A stretch of DNA of 64,000 nt, from positions 64,219 to 128,218 of the forward strand of contig CACCAS010000004.1 in the NCBI GenBank assembly GCA_902544065.1. The letters run 5' to 3'. Within the stretch, counting starts at the first letter, position 1, and the number at the start of each line of letters is the position of its first letter. Shown here piece after piece: positions 29,468-38,751 of this stretch. Source of the DNA: an uncultured Pelagibacteraceae bacterium (GTDB taxonomy: Bacteria; Pseudomonadota; Alphaproteobacteria; Pelagibacterales; AG-422-B15). The notes under the pieces were generated by a model. That model was given only the letters and a program-made list of their open reading frames with translations. It had not been told where the DNA came from and did no database searches. Both the position numbers and the translations under genes were made by a program.

Positions 29468-31525
29468 ATGAGGCCTAAAATCTTATACAAGCTTTTTTCA
29501 AATATAATATCACTTAAAGGCATTGGACCAAAAAATGCTAAGGTTATAGAAAGGTTATGTGGCAAATATGTTATAGATCTCTTATTTCATAAGCCATCTA
29601 CATATATTGATAGAAGAAACAGTCCAAAAATAATTGATCTTGAAGAAGGCAAAATTGCAACAATCATAGTTACGATAGATAGTCATTCACCTTCATTCAA
29701 TAAAAGGATGCCCTATCGCATTAATTGCACGGACGATACTGGAGCTATTTCAATCGTATATTTTAACTTGCGAGGACCTTATCTAAAAAAAATATTTCCG
29801 GTAGGAAGGCAGAAAGTAATTAGTGGTAAATTTGAGAAATTTAATGAAAACTTCCAAATAACGCATCCCCAACATGTAGTAGACTTAGAAAATCTAGATA
29901 GTGTCAAAAAAATTGAGTGTATTTATCCACTTACTGCTGGATTGACATCAAAAACTATACAAAAATCTATAAATTCAGCTTTATTTAATCTTGATACTCT
30001 TCCAGAGTGGATACCCGACGATAAAATTAAAACAAATAATTGGCCAAATTGGAATGAAGCTATTAAAAAAATACACAACCCTGTTAATACATCAGACTCG
30101 GTTAATTCTCTTTTCCTTGAAAGATTAGTTTTTGATGAGCTATTAGCTCAGCAACTAACAATACGTCTTATAAAAAACAAAATTAGTCATACTCAGGGCA
30201 TAGCTATAAGAAGAAATAATAAATTAATAAAAAAATTGGAAGAAAATCTTAATTTCAGTCTCACCAGTGATCAATTAAAAACTATAGAAGAGATTTCAAA
30301 CGATCAGTCAAAGCCGAACAAAATGCTTAGACTGTTACAGGGAGATGTTGGGAGCGGGAAAACAATTGTGGCTTTGTTTGCCATGATGCAATCTTTAGAA
30401 AATAACAAAAGATCTATACTCATGGCGCCAACAGAAATACTTGCTGAGCAACATTTCAATACAATAGTAAAAATCGTTAACTCAATGGATCTTACATGTT
30501 CATTGATAACGTCGTCAACAAAAGATAATCATAATTTTGATGCAGATATTTTGATTGGTACTCATGCTCTATTTCAAGAGAAAGTATCTTTTGTTAATAT
30601 TGGCTTGGTTGTGATAGATGAGCAGCACAAATTTGGTGTTCACCAAAGAATCTTACTTAATGAAAAAGCAGGAAATGAATGTGATGTATTGCTTATGACA
30701 GCAACTCCTATTCCAAGAACGTTAGAGCTTGCTGCTTATGGAGACACTGATATTTCTAAAATTATGGAAAAACCAAAAAATAGGAAAGAAATTAATACTA
30801 AATCAATAAATATAAATAAAGTTGAAGATCTGAAGAACAGTCTTAATAAAATAATTAATAAAGGTGAAAAAATCTATTGGGTTTGCCCTTTAGTCGATGA
30901 ATCTGAAAAACTTCAATTACAATCTGTAAATGAAAGACTAAAAGATCTCAGAAATTATTATAGCGATTATTCAGTTGAAATTGTGCACGGACAAATGCAG
31001 CAAGAAGATAAGAATTCAGTTATGCAAAAATTTAAATCTGGAAAAGTTAATATATTAGTCGCTACTTCAGTAATAGAAGTCGGCATAGACGACCCTGATG
31101 CTACTGTAATTATAATTGAAAATGCAGAGAGATTTGGTCTTTCACAGCTTCATCAATTACGAGGAAGAGTCGGAAGAGGTGAGAAAACCTCAACCTGCAT
31201 TTTATTGTTTAACGGTCCTCTTACTGAAAATGCTAAACGAAGAATAAAAATTATGAAACAAACCAACGATGGATTCAAAATTGCTGAGGAAGACCTGGAT
31301 ATAAGAGGTGCAGGAGAAATTCTTGGATCCAAGCAAAGCGGCGTGCCAAATTTTAAACTGTCAAACCTTGATAAACATAAACACCTCTTAGAAGAAGCGA
31401 GGGAAACAGCAATCAAAACCATTAAGGATGATCCTGAATTAAAAACACCGCTTGGAAAAGCGCAAAGAGTGCTGCTTCATTTGTTTAGAAACGATGTCGC
31501 AATTGATTATCTTAAAACAGGATAA
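29468..31525 (+). CDS. recG: ATP-dependent DNA helicase RecG
   Basis: Wedge/OB N-terminus, GDVGSGKT, DEQHKFG, TATPIPRT, QLRGRVGRG, TRG hairpin. Confidence 0.95.
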   Translation: MRPKILYKLFSNIISLKGIGPKNAKVIERLCGKYVIDLLFHKPSTYIDRRNSPKIIDLEEGKIATIIVTIDSHSPSFNKRMPYRINCTDDTGAISIVYFNLRGPYLKKIFPVGRQKVISGKFEKFNENFQITHPQHVVDLENLDSVKKIECIYPLTAGLTSKTIQKSINSALFNLDTLPEWIPDDKIKTNNWPNWNEAIKKIHNPVNTSDSVNSLFLERLVFDELLAQQLTIRLIKNKISHTQGIAIRRNNKLIKKLEENLNFSLTSDQLKTIEEISNDQSKPNKMLRLLQGDVGSGKTIVALFAMMQSLENNKRSILMAPTEILAEQHFNTIVKIVNSMDLTCSLITSSTKDNHNFDADILIGTHALFQEKVSFVNIGLVVIDEQHKFGVHQRILLNEKAGNECDVLLMTATPIPRTLELAAYGDTDISKIMEKPKNRKEINTKSININKVEDLKNSLNKIINKGEKIYWVCPLVDESEKLQLQSVNERLKDLRNYYSDYSVEIVHGQMQQEDKNSVMQKFKSGKVNILVATSVIEVGIDDPDATVIIIENAERFGLSQLHQLRGRVGRGEKTSTCILLFNGPLTENAKRRIKIMKQTNDGFKIAEEDLDIRGAGEILGSKQSGVPNFKLSNLDKHKHLLEEARETAIKTIKDDPELKTPLGKAQRVLLHLFRNDVAIDYLKTG

Positions 31526-32194
31526 TTATTTTGTTGGAGGGACAACCATACCTGCAGAAACAACTAATTTTATTGCATCCTCAACAGACATATCAAGTTC
31601 TACAGCATCTTCCTTGGGTATAAAGAGTAAAAAACCCGATGTTGGATTTGGTGTTGTCGGAACGAATACATTGACCATATCGATCTTTTTACGATCTTTT
31701 ATTTCACCCTTAGTTTCACCAGTCATGAAGCCTATCGCATAGATGTCTTTCCTTGGATACTCAATTAAAACAACTTTTTGATAAGCTGCATCTGCATTAG
31801 AAAATGTTTCAGTGATTTGTTTTATCGCTTTGTAAACATTTCCTGCAAATGGTATTCTGGTAATGAGGTTATCAAAGTAACCAAGTATTGCTTTTCCAAA
31901 TAAGGTTGAAAAAATCAATCCAATTAAAATAAATGATAAAAAAGCAATAATTAGTTCTAATCCAGGTATTTCGTACCCAATTATTTCTGGAAGCAGCCCA
32001 TTGGGATTAAATCTTTGAGGTACTAATCCTGCAATAAATTCAACTATAAATATAGTTATGTATATTGTAGCCCCAATTGGCGCTGAGATTAATAATCCGG
32101 TAAAGAAATACCTTTTTATAAAATTTACGAAGCTATTTCCTTTTTTCTTATCTAATTCTGACATAAGCTTATTCTTGGAATAGTAGAATATCAC
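31526..32194 (-). CDS. DUF502-family membrane protein
   Basis: Two N-terminal TM segments and the PTTPNPTSGFLLF motif. Confidence 0.75.
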   Translation of the reverse strand: MIFYYSKNKLMSELDKKKGNSFVNFIKRYFFTGLLISAPIGATIYITIFIVEFIAGLVPQRFNPNGLLPEIIGYEIPGLELIIAFLSFILIGLIFSTLFGKAILGYFDNLITRIPFAGNVYKAIKQITETFSNADAAYQKVVLIEYPRKDIYAIGFMTGETKGEIKDRKKIDMVNVFVPTTPNPTSGFLLFIPKEDAVELDMSVEDAIKLVVSAGMVVPPTK

Positions 32195-32219
32195 AGTTTT
32201 TTAATTAGGGTAATTAATA

Positions 32220-33722
32220 ATGGCTATATTTGCAGAGTATACGAATTATGACGGTGTTGGATTAAGTGAGTTAATAAAGAAAAAAGAGATTTCTCCTATC
32301 GATCCCTTAGACTCAGCAATTGACCTCATTGAAAGATTAAATCCAAAGCTCAATGCTGTTCACAGGACCATGTATCACTATGCATTTGAATCTATAAATA
32401 GGAATACTGAACTCAAAGGACAATTTGCAGGTGTTCCAATGCTATTAAAAGATATGGACAGCTCGCTTGCTAATTACAACATGATGCAAGGAAGCAAATA
32501 CCTAAAAAATACCAAAATGAACTATGATAATGAATTAACCAGACAGTTTCGAAACACTGGGGCATTAATATGCGGCAAGTCAGCAACGCCAGAGTATGGA
32601 CTAATGATCACTACAGAGCCCCTTGAATTTGGACCAACAAGAAACCCTTGGAACCCAAATTTAACTACTGGAGGTTCCTCAGGTGGAGCGGCTTCAGGTG
32701 TAGCAGCAAGAATGGTTCCTTTTGCACACGCGAGTGACGGAGGAGGATCAATTAGAATTCCTGCAGCATCTTGTGGATTAATTGGATTAAAACCAAATAG
32801 AGCACGAACTTCATTTGGACCTTCACATGGTGACAAATGGGGAGGATTAACTCATTCAGGCATTGTATCAAGAACAGTTCGTGACACTGCTCATATGTAC
32901 GATGCAATTTTTGAAAACAGTGTGGGAGACCCCTACTCAGTTCATTATGAAAAGGGATCGTTAATTAAATCTTTGAATGATAGGAAAAAATTAAAAATTG
33001 GATTCAATCTCAAAAGCCCAGTAGGCATAAATCCATCAAAAGATGCCGTAGAGGCCATAAATTACAATGCAAAACTCTGTGAAGATTTAGGGCATGATGT
33101 TGAAGAAATGAATTTTACTTATGATGGTCGTTTAGCTTCAAGGGCATTTACAGTAATTATAACATCTCATGTAAGTCAAATGTTCAATGAGTTAAAAGAC
33201 GTTGTGGGCAGAAAATATAGATCGCATGAAGTTGAAACCGCTACAAGATTATTTGATTATTTAGGTAAAAGTTTTAGAGCAAGTGATTATACTTGGGCCC
33301 GATATACGATGCAATCGATTGCTCGTTCAGTAATGCAAGCGACTGATAAATATGATGTTGTTTTAACCCCTATTATTTCACAGCATCCACCTGAAATTGG
33401 AAAAATTAGACCTGACAAACAATCAAAAATAATTAGTGAAATTATAATGAAGTTAAAACTCGGTTTTGTGTTCAGAATTAAACCAATACGCGATGCTATT
33501 TTGAATGGTCTTGCGCCTCAAAGCCTTTGGTATGCTCCAGATGCGCTACTTCAAAATATTACTGGTCAACCTTCAATTTCTATTCCGACTTATTGGTCGA
33601 AAGATAATATTCCCTTAGGAGTTCAATTTGCTTCAAGATATGCTGATGAACATACCCTTATATCATTAGCAGCTCAACTTGAAGATGCAGCACCATGGAT
33701 ACAGAGAATACCAAATCTATAA
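32220..33722 (+). CDS. Amidase-signature family amidase
   Basis: GGSSGGAA signature and Ser-cisSer-Lys context, 500 aa. Confidence 0.85.
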   Translation: MAIFAEYTNYDGVGLSELIKKKEISPIDPLDSAIDLIERLNPKLNAVHRTMYHYAFESINRNTELKGQFAGVPMLLKDMDSSLANYNMMQGSKYLKNTKMNYDNELTRQFRNTGALICGKSATPEYGLMITTEPLEFGPTRNPWNPNLTTGGSSGGAASGVAARMVPFAHASDGGGSIRIPAASCGLIGLKPNRARTSFGPSHGDKWGGLTHSGIVSRTVRDTAHMYDAIFENSVGDPYSVHYEKGSLIKSLNDRKKLKIGFNLKSPVGINPSKDAVEAINYNAKLCEDLGHDVEEMNFTYDGRLASRAFTVIITSHVSQMFNELKDVVGRKYRSHEVETATRLFDYLGKSFRASDYTWARYTMQSIARSVMQATDKYDVVLTPIISQHPPEIGKIRPDKQSKIISEIIMKLKLGFVFRIKPIRDAILNGLAPQSLWYAPDALLQNITGQPSISIPTYWSKDNIPLGVQFASRYADEHTLISLAAQLEDAAPWIQRIPNL

Positions 33723-34394
33723 ATTTTTTCTTTTGATCTGATCATTAAAGCAAAATGTTAACGAAAAGATGCTAATAACATGTATGCTCGCAATAGCTTT
33801 TTGCATTAATACATTTTGAACCAAAAGCTCTTCATTAAGTCGTGGACTGCCAGCATTTAATTGATAAATTACGTATATTGCTGTGGAAATAAGAAAAATA
33901 ATATTAACTATAGTATATTTATTATCTGCATCACTTAAGAAAAAGGCAATAACAAAGAAAGCTGATGCTGGGATGAGCCATCTAAATGCATTAATAGCAA
34001 AAAATGCGTGTGCTTCTCTGTATAGATCGTGTGGTGTAAGCGCTACACCAGCGAAGAAAACCATTCCTATAAAAAATAATACAGCCGCGATGTATGCACA
34101 TACATATGACGTTTTATTTTCTCTAAACAAAGATGGAATAAAAAAACTTGATATACCTACCAACAAAAAACAAAAAAGAGCTGTGTTAAAGAAAAAAGAT
34201 GAAATGCTATTAATGTCTCCCGCAAATGTAATGTACCCCCCTAATTCACTTAAAAAATTATGACTAAATGAGTACCCAACTTGATTAGGATTATGAATAT
34301 TGCCACCAGGAAAAAAGAAAGAAGCAATTATTACCGAGGTAACAAAAAAAATTGATACGAAGCGAATAACATAAACTGTCCAAAATTTTGTCAT
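33717..34394 (-). CDS. Uncharacterised polytopic membrane protein, tandem paralogue 3 of 3 (DUF998-like?)
   Basis: Shares MTKFW..V.R, PGG..(x)VGYS..NFLSELG, F.PxLFRxNK and GVALTPxDxY motifs with the two upstream genes. Confidence 0.6.
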   Translation of the reverse strand: MTKFWTVYVIRFVSIFFVTSVIIASFFFPGGNIHNPNQVGYSFSHNFLSELGGYITFAGDINSISSFFFNTALFCFLLVGISSFFIPSLFRENKTSYVCAYIAAVLFFIGMVFFAGVALTPHDLYREAHAFFAINAFRWLIPASAFFVIAFFLSDADNKYTIVNIIFLISTAIYVIYQLNAGSPRLNEELLVQNVLMQKAIASIHVISIFSLTFCFNDQIKRKNL

Positions 34395-35102
34395 CTATTG
34401 ACCGTCCTTAATGAGCTTGTTGAGTCCAAAGGTGAATATAATTATTGTTGTAATCATGAGAGTTATCATGATTTTCTGAAGTACTACATTAAATATTAAA
34501 AAATCCATTGTATAAACTTCAAGAAATCGAACGCGATCATTTAATGCATCTATAGGTTGAAAGTCTCCAAGATAATAAGAATAAATGCCTACTGCAACAA
34601 ACAGTAAAATCCCACCTGATGCATAAAAATTAGACAGTGGGCTAAATATGAAAGCAAAAATATAAAAAAAGATTGCTACGGTATAAAGATTAAATGCCGC
34701 AGTCGTTGTGAATATATGAGCATCAAAATAAATATCCCCTGGAGTTAAGGCAACCCCAACAAAAAATATACATGCAGGGAACATAAATAATGTTCCTAAA
34801 CAAGCAAAAATAAATGATGCTTTATTGTCTCTAAATAGCTTTGGAATAAATAAAAACGCTACACCCTGTAGTAAAAGCATATACATGGCTGTATTCCAAA
34901 AAAAAGATGAAAAGAAGTTAAGATCTCCAGACATTGTTTTATGAAAACCAAGTTCGCTTAAAAAGTTTTTATGAAGAGAATAGCCAACTTGATCAAGCTC
35001 TATATGATTTCCCCCAGGGTAGAGCAGCATTGCGATAACAACGGCTATTACATAATAAACGGAAGCAATCCGAAGAACATCTACACACCAGAATTTAGTC
35101 AT
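34395..35102 (-). CDS. Uncharacterised polytopic membrane protein, tandem paralogue 2 of 3
   Basis: Same motif set; abuts the next gene with 0-nt gap. Confidence 0.6.
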   Translation of the reverse strand: MTKFWCVDVLRIASVYYVIAVVIAMLLYPGGNHIELDQVGYSLHKNFLSELGFHKTMSGDLNFFSSFFWNTAMYMLLLQGVAFLFIPKLFRDNKASFIFACLGTLFMFPACIFFVGVALTPGDIYFDAHIFTTTAAFNLYTVAIFFYIFAFIFSPLSNFYASGGILLFVAVGIYSYYLGDFQPIDALNDRVRFLEVYTMDFLIFNVVLQKIMITLMITTIIIFTFGLNKLIKDGQ

Positions 35103-35805
35103 TTATCAAACGTCTATATCCAAATGTAAAAATTAATATGCTTACCATTGATATTATAGTGATAATTTTTTGCCAAACCACAGAAATGATAAAACGATTG
35201 TAATCAATAAAATCACCAACATTTTCTAACTCAAATGGATTAAAATCTGGTGGAGGTTCACTTGTTTCAAAGATTGTGTACAGAGCGACATTTATAAAAT
35301 AGATAAAGGCAACAATTGTATATTTATTGCTGATCTTGCTAAGCAAAAAAGCGATAGTCATGAATAGAACACCCATTGTTTGTGCATTAAATGCAAAAAT
35401 AACAAACCAAACATGCTCTTCGAAGTAAATGTCAGCAGGCGTCAATCCTACCCCAATAAAAGAGAGCCCCGCTATAACAAATAATGCTGCTGCAATGATT
35501 GAGAGAATATAACTATTTTTGTTGTCCTTAAATAATTTTGGGACGAAAATGTGTGTTACTGCACATAGCCCTAATACCAATAAAGAACTATTAAATAAAA
35601 AGCTTGATAGATAGTTTTGCGTTCCATCTTTAGTAAACGTGATTCCCAAGTCACTAAAAAAATTTTCAGAAAATGAGTATATTTCAAGTTGAGGGTTAAA
35701 CAGAGTTCCCCCAGGAAACAATGCCATGGCTAGCGCATTTGTAACAATAAAATAGAGAACCATGAATCTTAGGGCAAAGACAGGAATATAGCCAAAATTT
35801 AACAT
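35095..35805 (-). CDS. Uncharacterised polytopic membrane protein, tandem paralogue 1 of 3
   Basis: More divergent copy (FPGGTLFNPQLEIYSFSENFFSDLG, FVPKLFKDNKNSY, GVGLTPADIYFEEH); 8-nt overlap with paralogue 2. Confidence 0.6.
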   Translation of the reverse strand: MLNFGYIPVFALRFMVLYFIVTNALAMALFPGGTLFNPQLEIYSFSENFFSDLGITFTKDGTQNYLSSFLFNSSLLVLGLCAVTHIFVPKLFKDNKNSYILSIIAAALFVIAGLSFIGVGLTPADIYFEEHVWFVIFAFNAQTMGVLFMTIAFLLSKISNKYTIVAFIYFINVALYTIFETSEPPPDFNPFELENVGDFIDYNRFIISVVWQKIITIISMVSILIFTFGYRRLIND

Positions 35806-35811
35806 TGAAAC

Positions 35812-35892
35812 TTAACTACTGAAACTTGATATGAATATAAAGGCCACAAAAGCAGCAACCATTATGTACATTATTTTATTGTCTAGATTCAT
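35812..35892 (-). CDS. Possible 26-aa single-TM micro-protein (MNLDNKIMYIMVAAFVAFIFISSFSS)
   Basis: Non-overlapping 3' part of track ORF 35812..36048; stops 6 nt before paralogue 1 start. No SD, and could be chance in AT-rich DNA. Confidence 0.2.
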   Translation of the reverse strand: MNLDNKIMYIMVAAFVAFIFISSFSS

Positions 35893-35915
35893 GAACGAAA
35901 TATAATGTTTATTAC

Positions 35916-36257
35916 ATGGAAAATCCAGCCAGATATACAAATTATAAAGATTTTTTTCCCTACTATTTACGTGAGCATAGTAAGAAAAATACTCGCATTC
36001 TTCATTACATTGGAACAGGATTAGCCCAAATAATACTTTGGAGTGCAATTATTACTCAAAGTTGGTTGTATATTCCGCTCGCACTAGTGTGCGGATATAC
36101 GTTTGCATGGATAGGACATTTCTTTATTGAACATAATAAACCTGCGACATTTAAATATCCATGGTGGTCTCAAATTGGTGACCATCATATGACATGGCTT
36201 ATGTTAACGGGCAGATTAAAAAAGAGGCTTAATGAAGCAGGAGTCTCCGGAAGTTAG
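35916..36257 (+). CDS. Mpo1-like / DUF962 membrane protein
   Basis: YYLREHSKKNTRILHYIGT and WIGHFFIEHNKPATF motifs characteristic of DUF962. Confidence 0.7.
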   Translation: MENPARYTNYKDFFPYYLREHSKKNTRILHYIGTGLAQIILWSAIITQSWLYIPLALVCGYTFAWIGHFFIEHNKPATFKYPWWSQIGDHHMTWLMLTGRLKKRLNEAGVSGS

Positions 36258-36685
36258 ATACTAACAACCGTTCCCAAAAAGAAAATAAATAAAATTGTTT
36301 GAGAGAATAGCCACAAGCTTCCTCTAACTGATGTATTTATAAAATATATATGCCATATAGAATGGATAACTCTTAATAAAAAGTATAGCCATGCACAAGC
36401 TATTAAAAAAGTGTTCGATAAATCAAGAATAATTATAAGACCAACTAAGAAATAAAAAATAATGGTAAATTCAAACAAATTACTAATATTATTTTTTAAC
36501 AATCTTAATTTTAATGAAGCGTCCTCATAGGGCTCCCTCGGAATACCACTCTCTTCCCACTCTTTAGATTTCCTTGTTAAATCAACAGAGGCAATGGTAT
36601 GCAACAAGCCCACCGCAAATGTTAATACAATTAATCCAAAAGTTGGGAAAAGAATGTTTTCAAACATCACATCATAACAGAGCAA
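36254..36685 (-). CDS. MAPEG-like membrane protein, copy B
   Basis: 4 TM; NNISNLFEFTIIFY and LRVIHSIWH motifs paralogous to the upstream gene. Confidence 0.5.
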   Translation of the reverse strand: MLCYDVMFENILFPTFGLIVLTFAVGLLHTIASVDLTRKSKEWEESGIPREPYEDASLKLRLLKNNISNLFEFTIIFYFLVGLIIILDLSNTFLIACAWLYFLLRVIHSIWHIYFINTSVRGSLWLFSQTILFIFFLGTVVSI

Positions 36686-37104
36686 GCTCTATAAGCCATC
36701 CAACCAAGAATGATGGTTGATGGTAGCCAAAATAGAGTCCGCACAGGAATTGCAATCCCAGGAATCACTTTATTATAAAAAATGTGCGTAACCGTATGCG
36801 CAACTCTTAACCAAAAAAACCACGTGGCCAACAACACAAAATAACCATCAACATTGCCTGTTACATAGATCATGATGCACACGACATAGAAAAAGATCGG
36901 AAATTCAAATAAATTAGTCAGATTTCTCTGACTGTTTTGAATAATTTCACCACCATTATCAAATGTGGGAATTTTAAAGTCTTCTTCTTTACTTTTTTTA
37001 TCGATAATAATGGATTTAAGCCTCAGAGTAGTCCCAAAGGCAAATACCGCTAAAGAGAGCCATAACATATTGATGACAGGCTCAAAAATTAATTCAGGCG
37101 ACAT
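36667..37104 (-). CDS. MAPEG-like membrane protein, copy A
   Basis: 4 TM; QRNLTNLFEFPIFFY and LRVAHTVTHIFYN resemble MAPEG motifs; AAGGAG SD 7 nt upstream. Confidence 0.5.
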   Translation of the reverse strand: MSPELIFEPVINMLWLSLAVFAFGTTLRLKSIIIDKKSKEEDFKIPTFDNGGEIIQNSQRNLTNLFEFPIFFYVVCIMIYVTGNVDGYFVLLATWFFWLRVAHTVTHIFYNKVIPGIAIPVRTLFWLPSTIILGWMAYRACSVMM

Positions 37105-37189
37105 AACAAACTCCTTGATTGAAATAAGAATCCAGTAAATTATATATATATCTATATTTTAAACCATATTTAATGAAAGGAGGTGGTCT

Positions 37190-37288
37190 ATGTCTATCAG
37201 TAGTATAGAGGAGCTTTGCTCGAGTAGTGAGATTCCATGTGATTGTAGATATGGAAACCTCCACTTTTTGAGTGGAGCTCCGTTTTAA
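37190..37288 (+). CDS. Candidate 32-aa protein MSISSIEELCSSSEIPCDCRYGNLHFLSGAPF (alternatively part of a structured sRNA)
   Basis: Near-perfect SD AAAGGAGGTGG (37176-37186) 6 nt from GGAGG to the ATG, TAA stop, then strong terminator 8 nt downstream. The region is visibly more GC-rich than its surroundings. Confidence 0.3.
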   Translation: MSISSIEELCSSSEIPCDCRYGNLHFLSGAPF

Positions 37289-37295
37289 CTACAGT

Positions 37296-37325
37296 AAGCC
37301 CCCATTAACTTGGGGGCTTATTTTT
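37296..37325 (+). terminator. Rho-independent terminator (bidirectional position between convergent units)
   Basis: AAGCCCCCA / TGGGGGCTT 9-bp GC-rich stem, 6-nt loop, followed by ATTTTT; the T-run overlaps the stop codon of the convergent thioesterase gene. Confidence 0.65.
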
Positions 37326-37692
37326 ATATATTTAGATTAGGTTTAAATTTTCTTGTCTTATTTTTATCATTGATAGCAATGTATGAAAATTCCCCCACTG
37401 CCACATCAACTTCCTTTTGATTCATTTCAGATCTTTTTGCAGTAATCTTAAAAATCATTTTAGATTGCTTAACACCTACAACAGATCCATAAACATTAAT
37501 AAATTTACCAACGTGCATTGGGTTTTTGTATTTAACTTTTGACTCAACAAGTACTGCATTACCCTTTGATACCAACTGAGTCATGTAAATTCCTGCATGA
37601 GCCATCTGTTTAACTACCCAAGCTCCATGTGCTGTGCCATAAGGGTTACTATCGGGTGGTTGGCAAATATTTCTTATGATGAGCTTATCCAT
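37324..37692 (-). CDS. Hotdog-fold acyl-CoA thioesterase (YciA-like)
   Basis: 122 aa; PPDSNPYGTAHGAWVVKQM and NPMHVG regions resemble YciA-type thioesterases. Confidence 0.7.
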   Translation of the reverse strand: MDKLIIRNICQPPDSNPYGTAHGAWVVKQMAHAGIYMTQLVSKGNAVLVESKVKYKNPMHVGKFINVYGSVVGVKQSKMIFKITAKRSEMNQKEVDVAVGEFSYIAINDKNKTRKFKPNLNI

Positions 37693-38047
37693 AATTTTTT
37701 CTATAATAGTTTATTAAATATATCGCTGACAAACAACCAACTATATTTGCAACTCCTTCCATCATCACAAAATCGCGAAAAGGAATAAAAAAATGTATAA
37801 ACTCAATGAAAATACTTGTGATCAGAGCCAGGCTAATGCCAAATACAAAATCATTGTTTTTATTATTAGCCAACTGTGCCAGGGCGCCAAGTATGAAAAA
37901 TGAGATAAAGTGTATTCCATAATCACTAATTAAATTTGCCACTTCTCTTACTGTAGAGTCAACGGGCACAGGTCGCACATATGAGTAATAAAGATAAAAT
38001 AAATAAAAAAAGAAGATTAGTCGTAGAGGATTTGCTAAAATGCTCAT
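37685..38047 (-). CDS. VanZ-like membrane protein
   Basis: 120 aa, 4 TM, overlaps the thioesterase gene by 8 nt; family call tentative. Confidence 0.5.
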   Translation of the reverse strand: MSILANPLRLIFFFYLFYLYYSYVRPVPVDSTVREVANLISDYGIHFISFFILGALAQLANNKNNDFVFGISLALITSIFIEFIHFFIPFRDFVMMEGVANIVGCLSAIYLINYYRKNYG

Positions 38048-38073
38048 GAACGTACTATAAGTTTATATATAAA

Positions 38074-38751
38074 ATGAGCAATATATTAATCATAGGAGCT
38101 AATCGAGGCCTAGGGCTTGAGTTTGTAAAGCAATACAACAAAACAAACCATAACATCATTGCAACCACTCGAAATAAAGATAGCTCAACAGAGTTGAATG
38201 AAATTAACAATATCGATGTCGCTGAACTTGACTTAACTTCTGATGCAAGCGTGAATAATTTTGTAACAAGTATCGAGTCTCTAAAAATTGACATACTCAT
38301 TCACAACGCAGGTATTTTTAGTGATGAGCAATTAAAAGAAGATCTTGATATAGATGTCTGGATGAATGAGATGAGAATAAATGCCGTGATACCTATAATT
38401 CTTGCACGAAAATTAAAAAATAACTTAAAAATGGGGTCTGATAAGAAAGTGGTTTTTATATCCAGTCAAATGGGAAGCATTGATGATAATTACTCTGGTA
38501 GATTTTATTTTTATCGCTCATCAAAATCAGCTCTTAATTCTGCGGCAAAAAGTTTATCTATAGATTGGAAAGAAGATGGTATATCTGTCCTAATTTTGCA
38601 CCCAGGATGGGTAAAAACAGATATGGGTGGCACAAGTGCCAAATTAGAAATACCAGAAAGCATTACCCAGATGATCAATGTTATAAACGAACTAAATCTT
38701 GATAACTCTGGCTCATTTTTAAATTATGAAGGAAAAAAACTTGAATGGTAA
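38074..38751 (+). CDS. Short-chain dehydrogenase/reductase (SDR)
   Basis: Cofactor motif IGANRGLG, NAG motif, catalytic YRSSK (YxxxK), 225 aa. Confidence 0.85.
   Translation: MSNILIIGANRGLGLEFVKQYNKTNHNIIATTRNKDSSTELNEINNIDVAELDLTSDASVNNFVTSIESLKIDILIHNAGIFSDEQLKEDLDIDVWMNEMRINAVIPIILARKLKNNLKMGSDKKVVFISSQMGSIDDNYSGRFYFYRSSKSALNSAAKSLSIDWKEDGISVLILHPGWVKTDMGGTSAKLEIPESITQMINVINELNLDNSGSFLNYEGKKLEW

Noticed and set aside
31452-31742. 96-aa + strand ORF spanning the recG end and DUF502 gene
   Set aside because: It overlaps the recG 3' end in another frame and is antisense to the motif-bearing DUF502 gene.
35893-35915. Single ATGTAAT Pho-like half-site (minus strand) overlapping the DUF962 start codon
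   Set aside because: Only one good half-site is present. The 11-bp-phased partner (ATTATAT) is poor, and such a match is expected by chance in AT-rich DNA.
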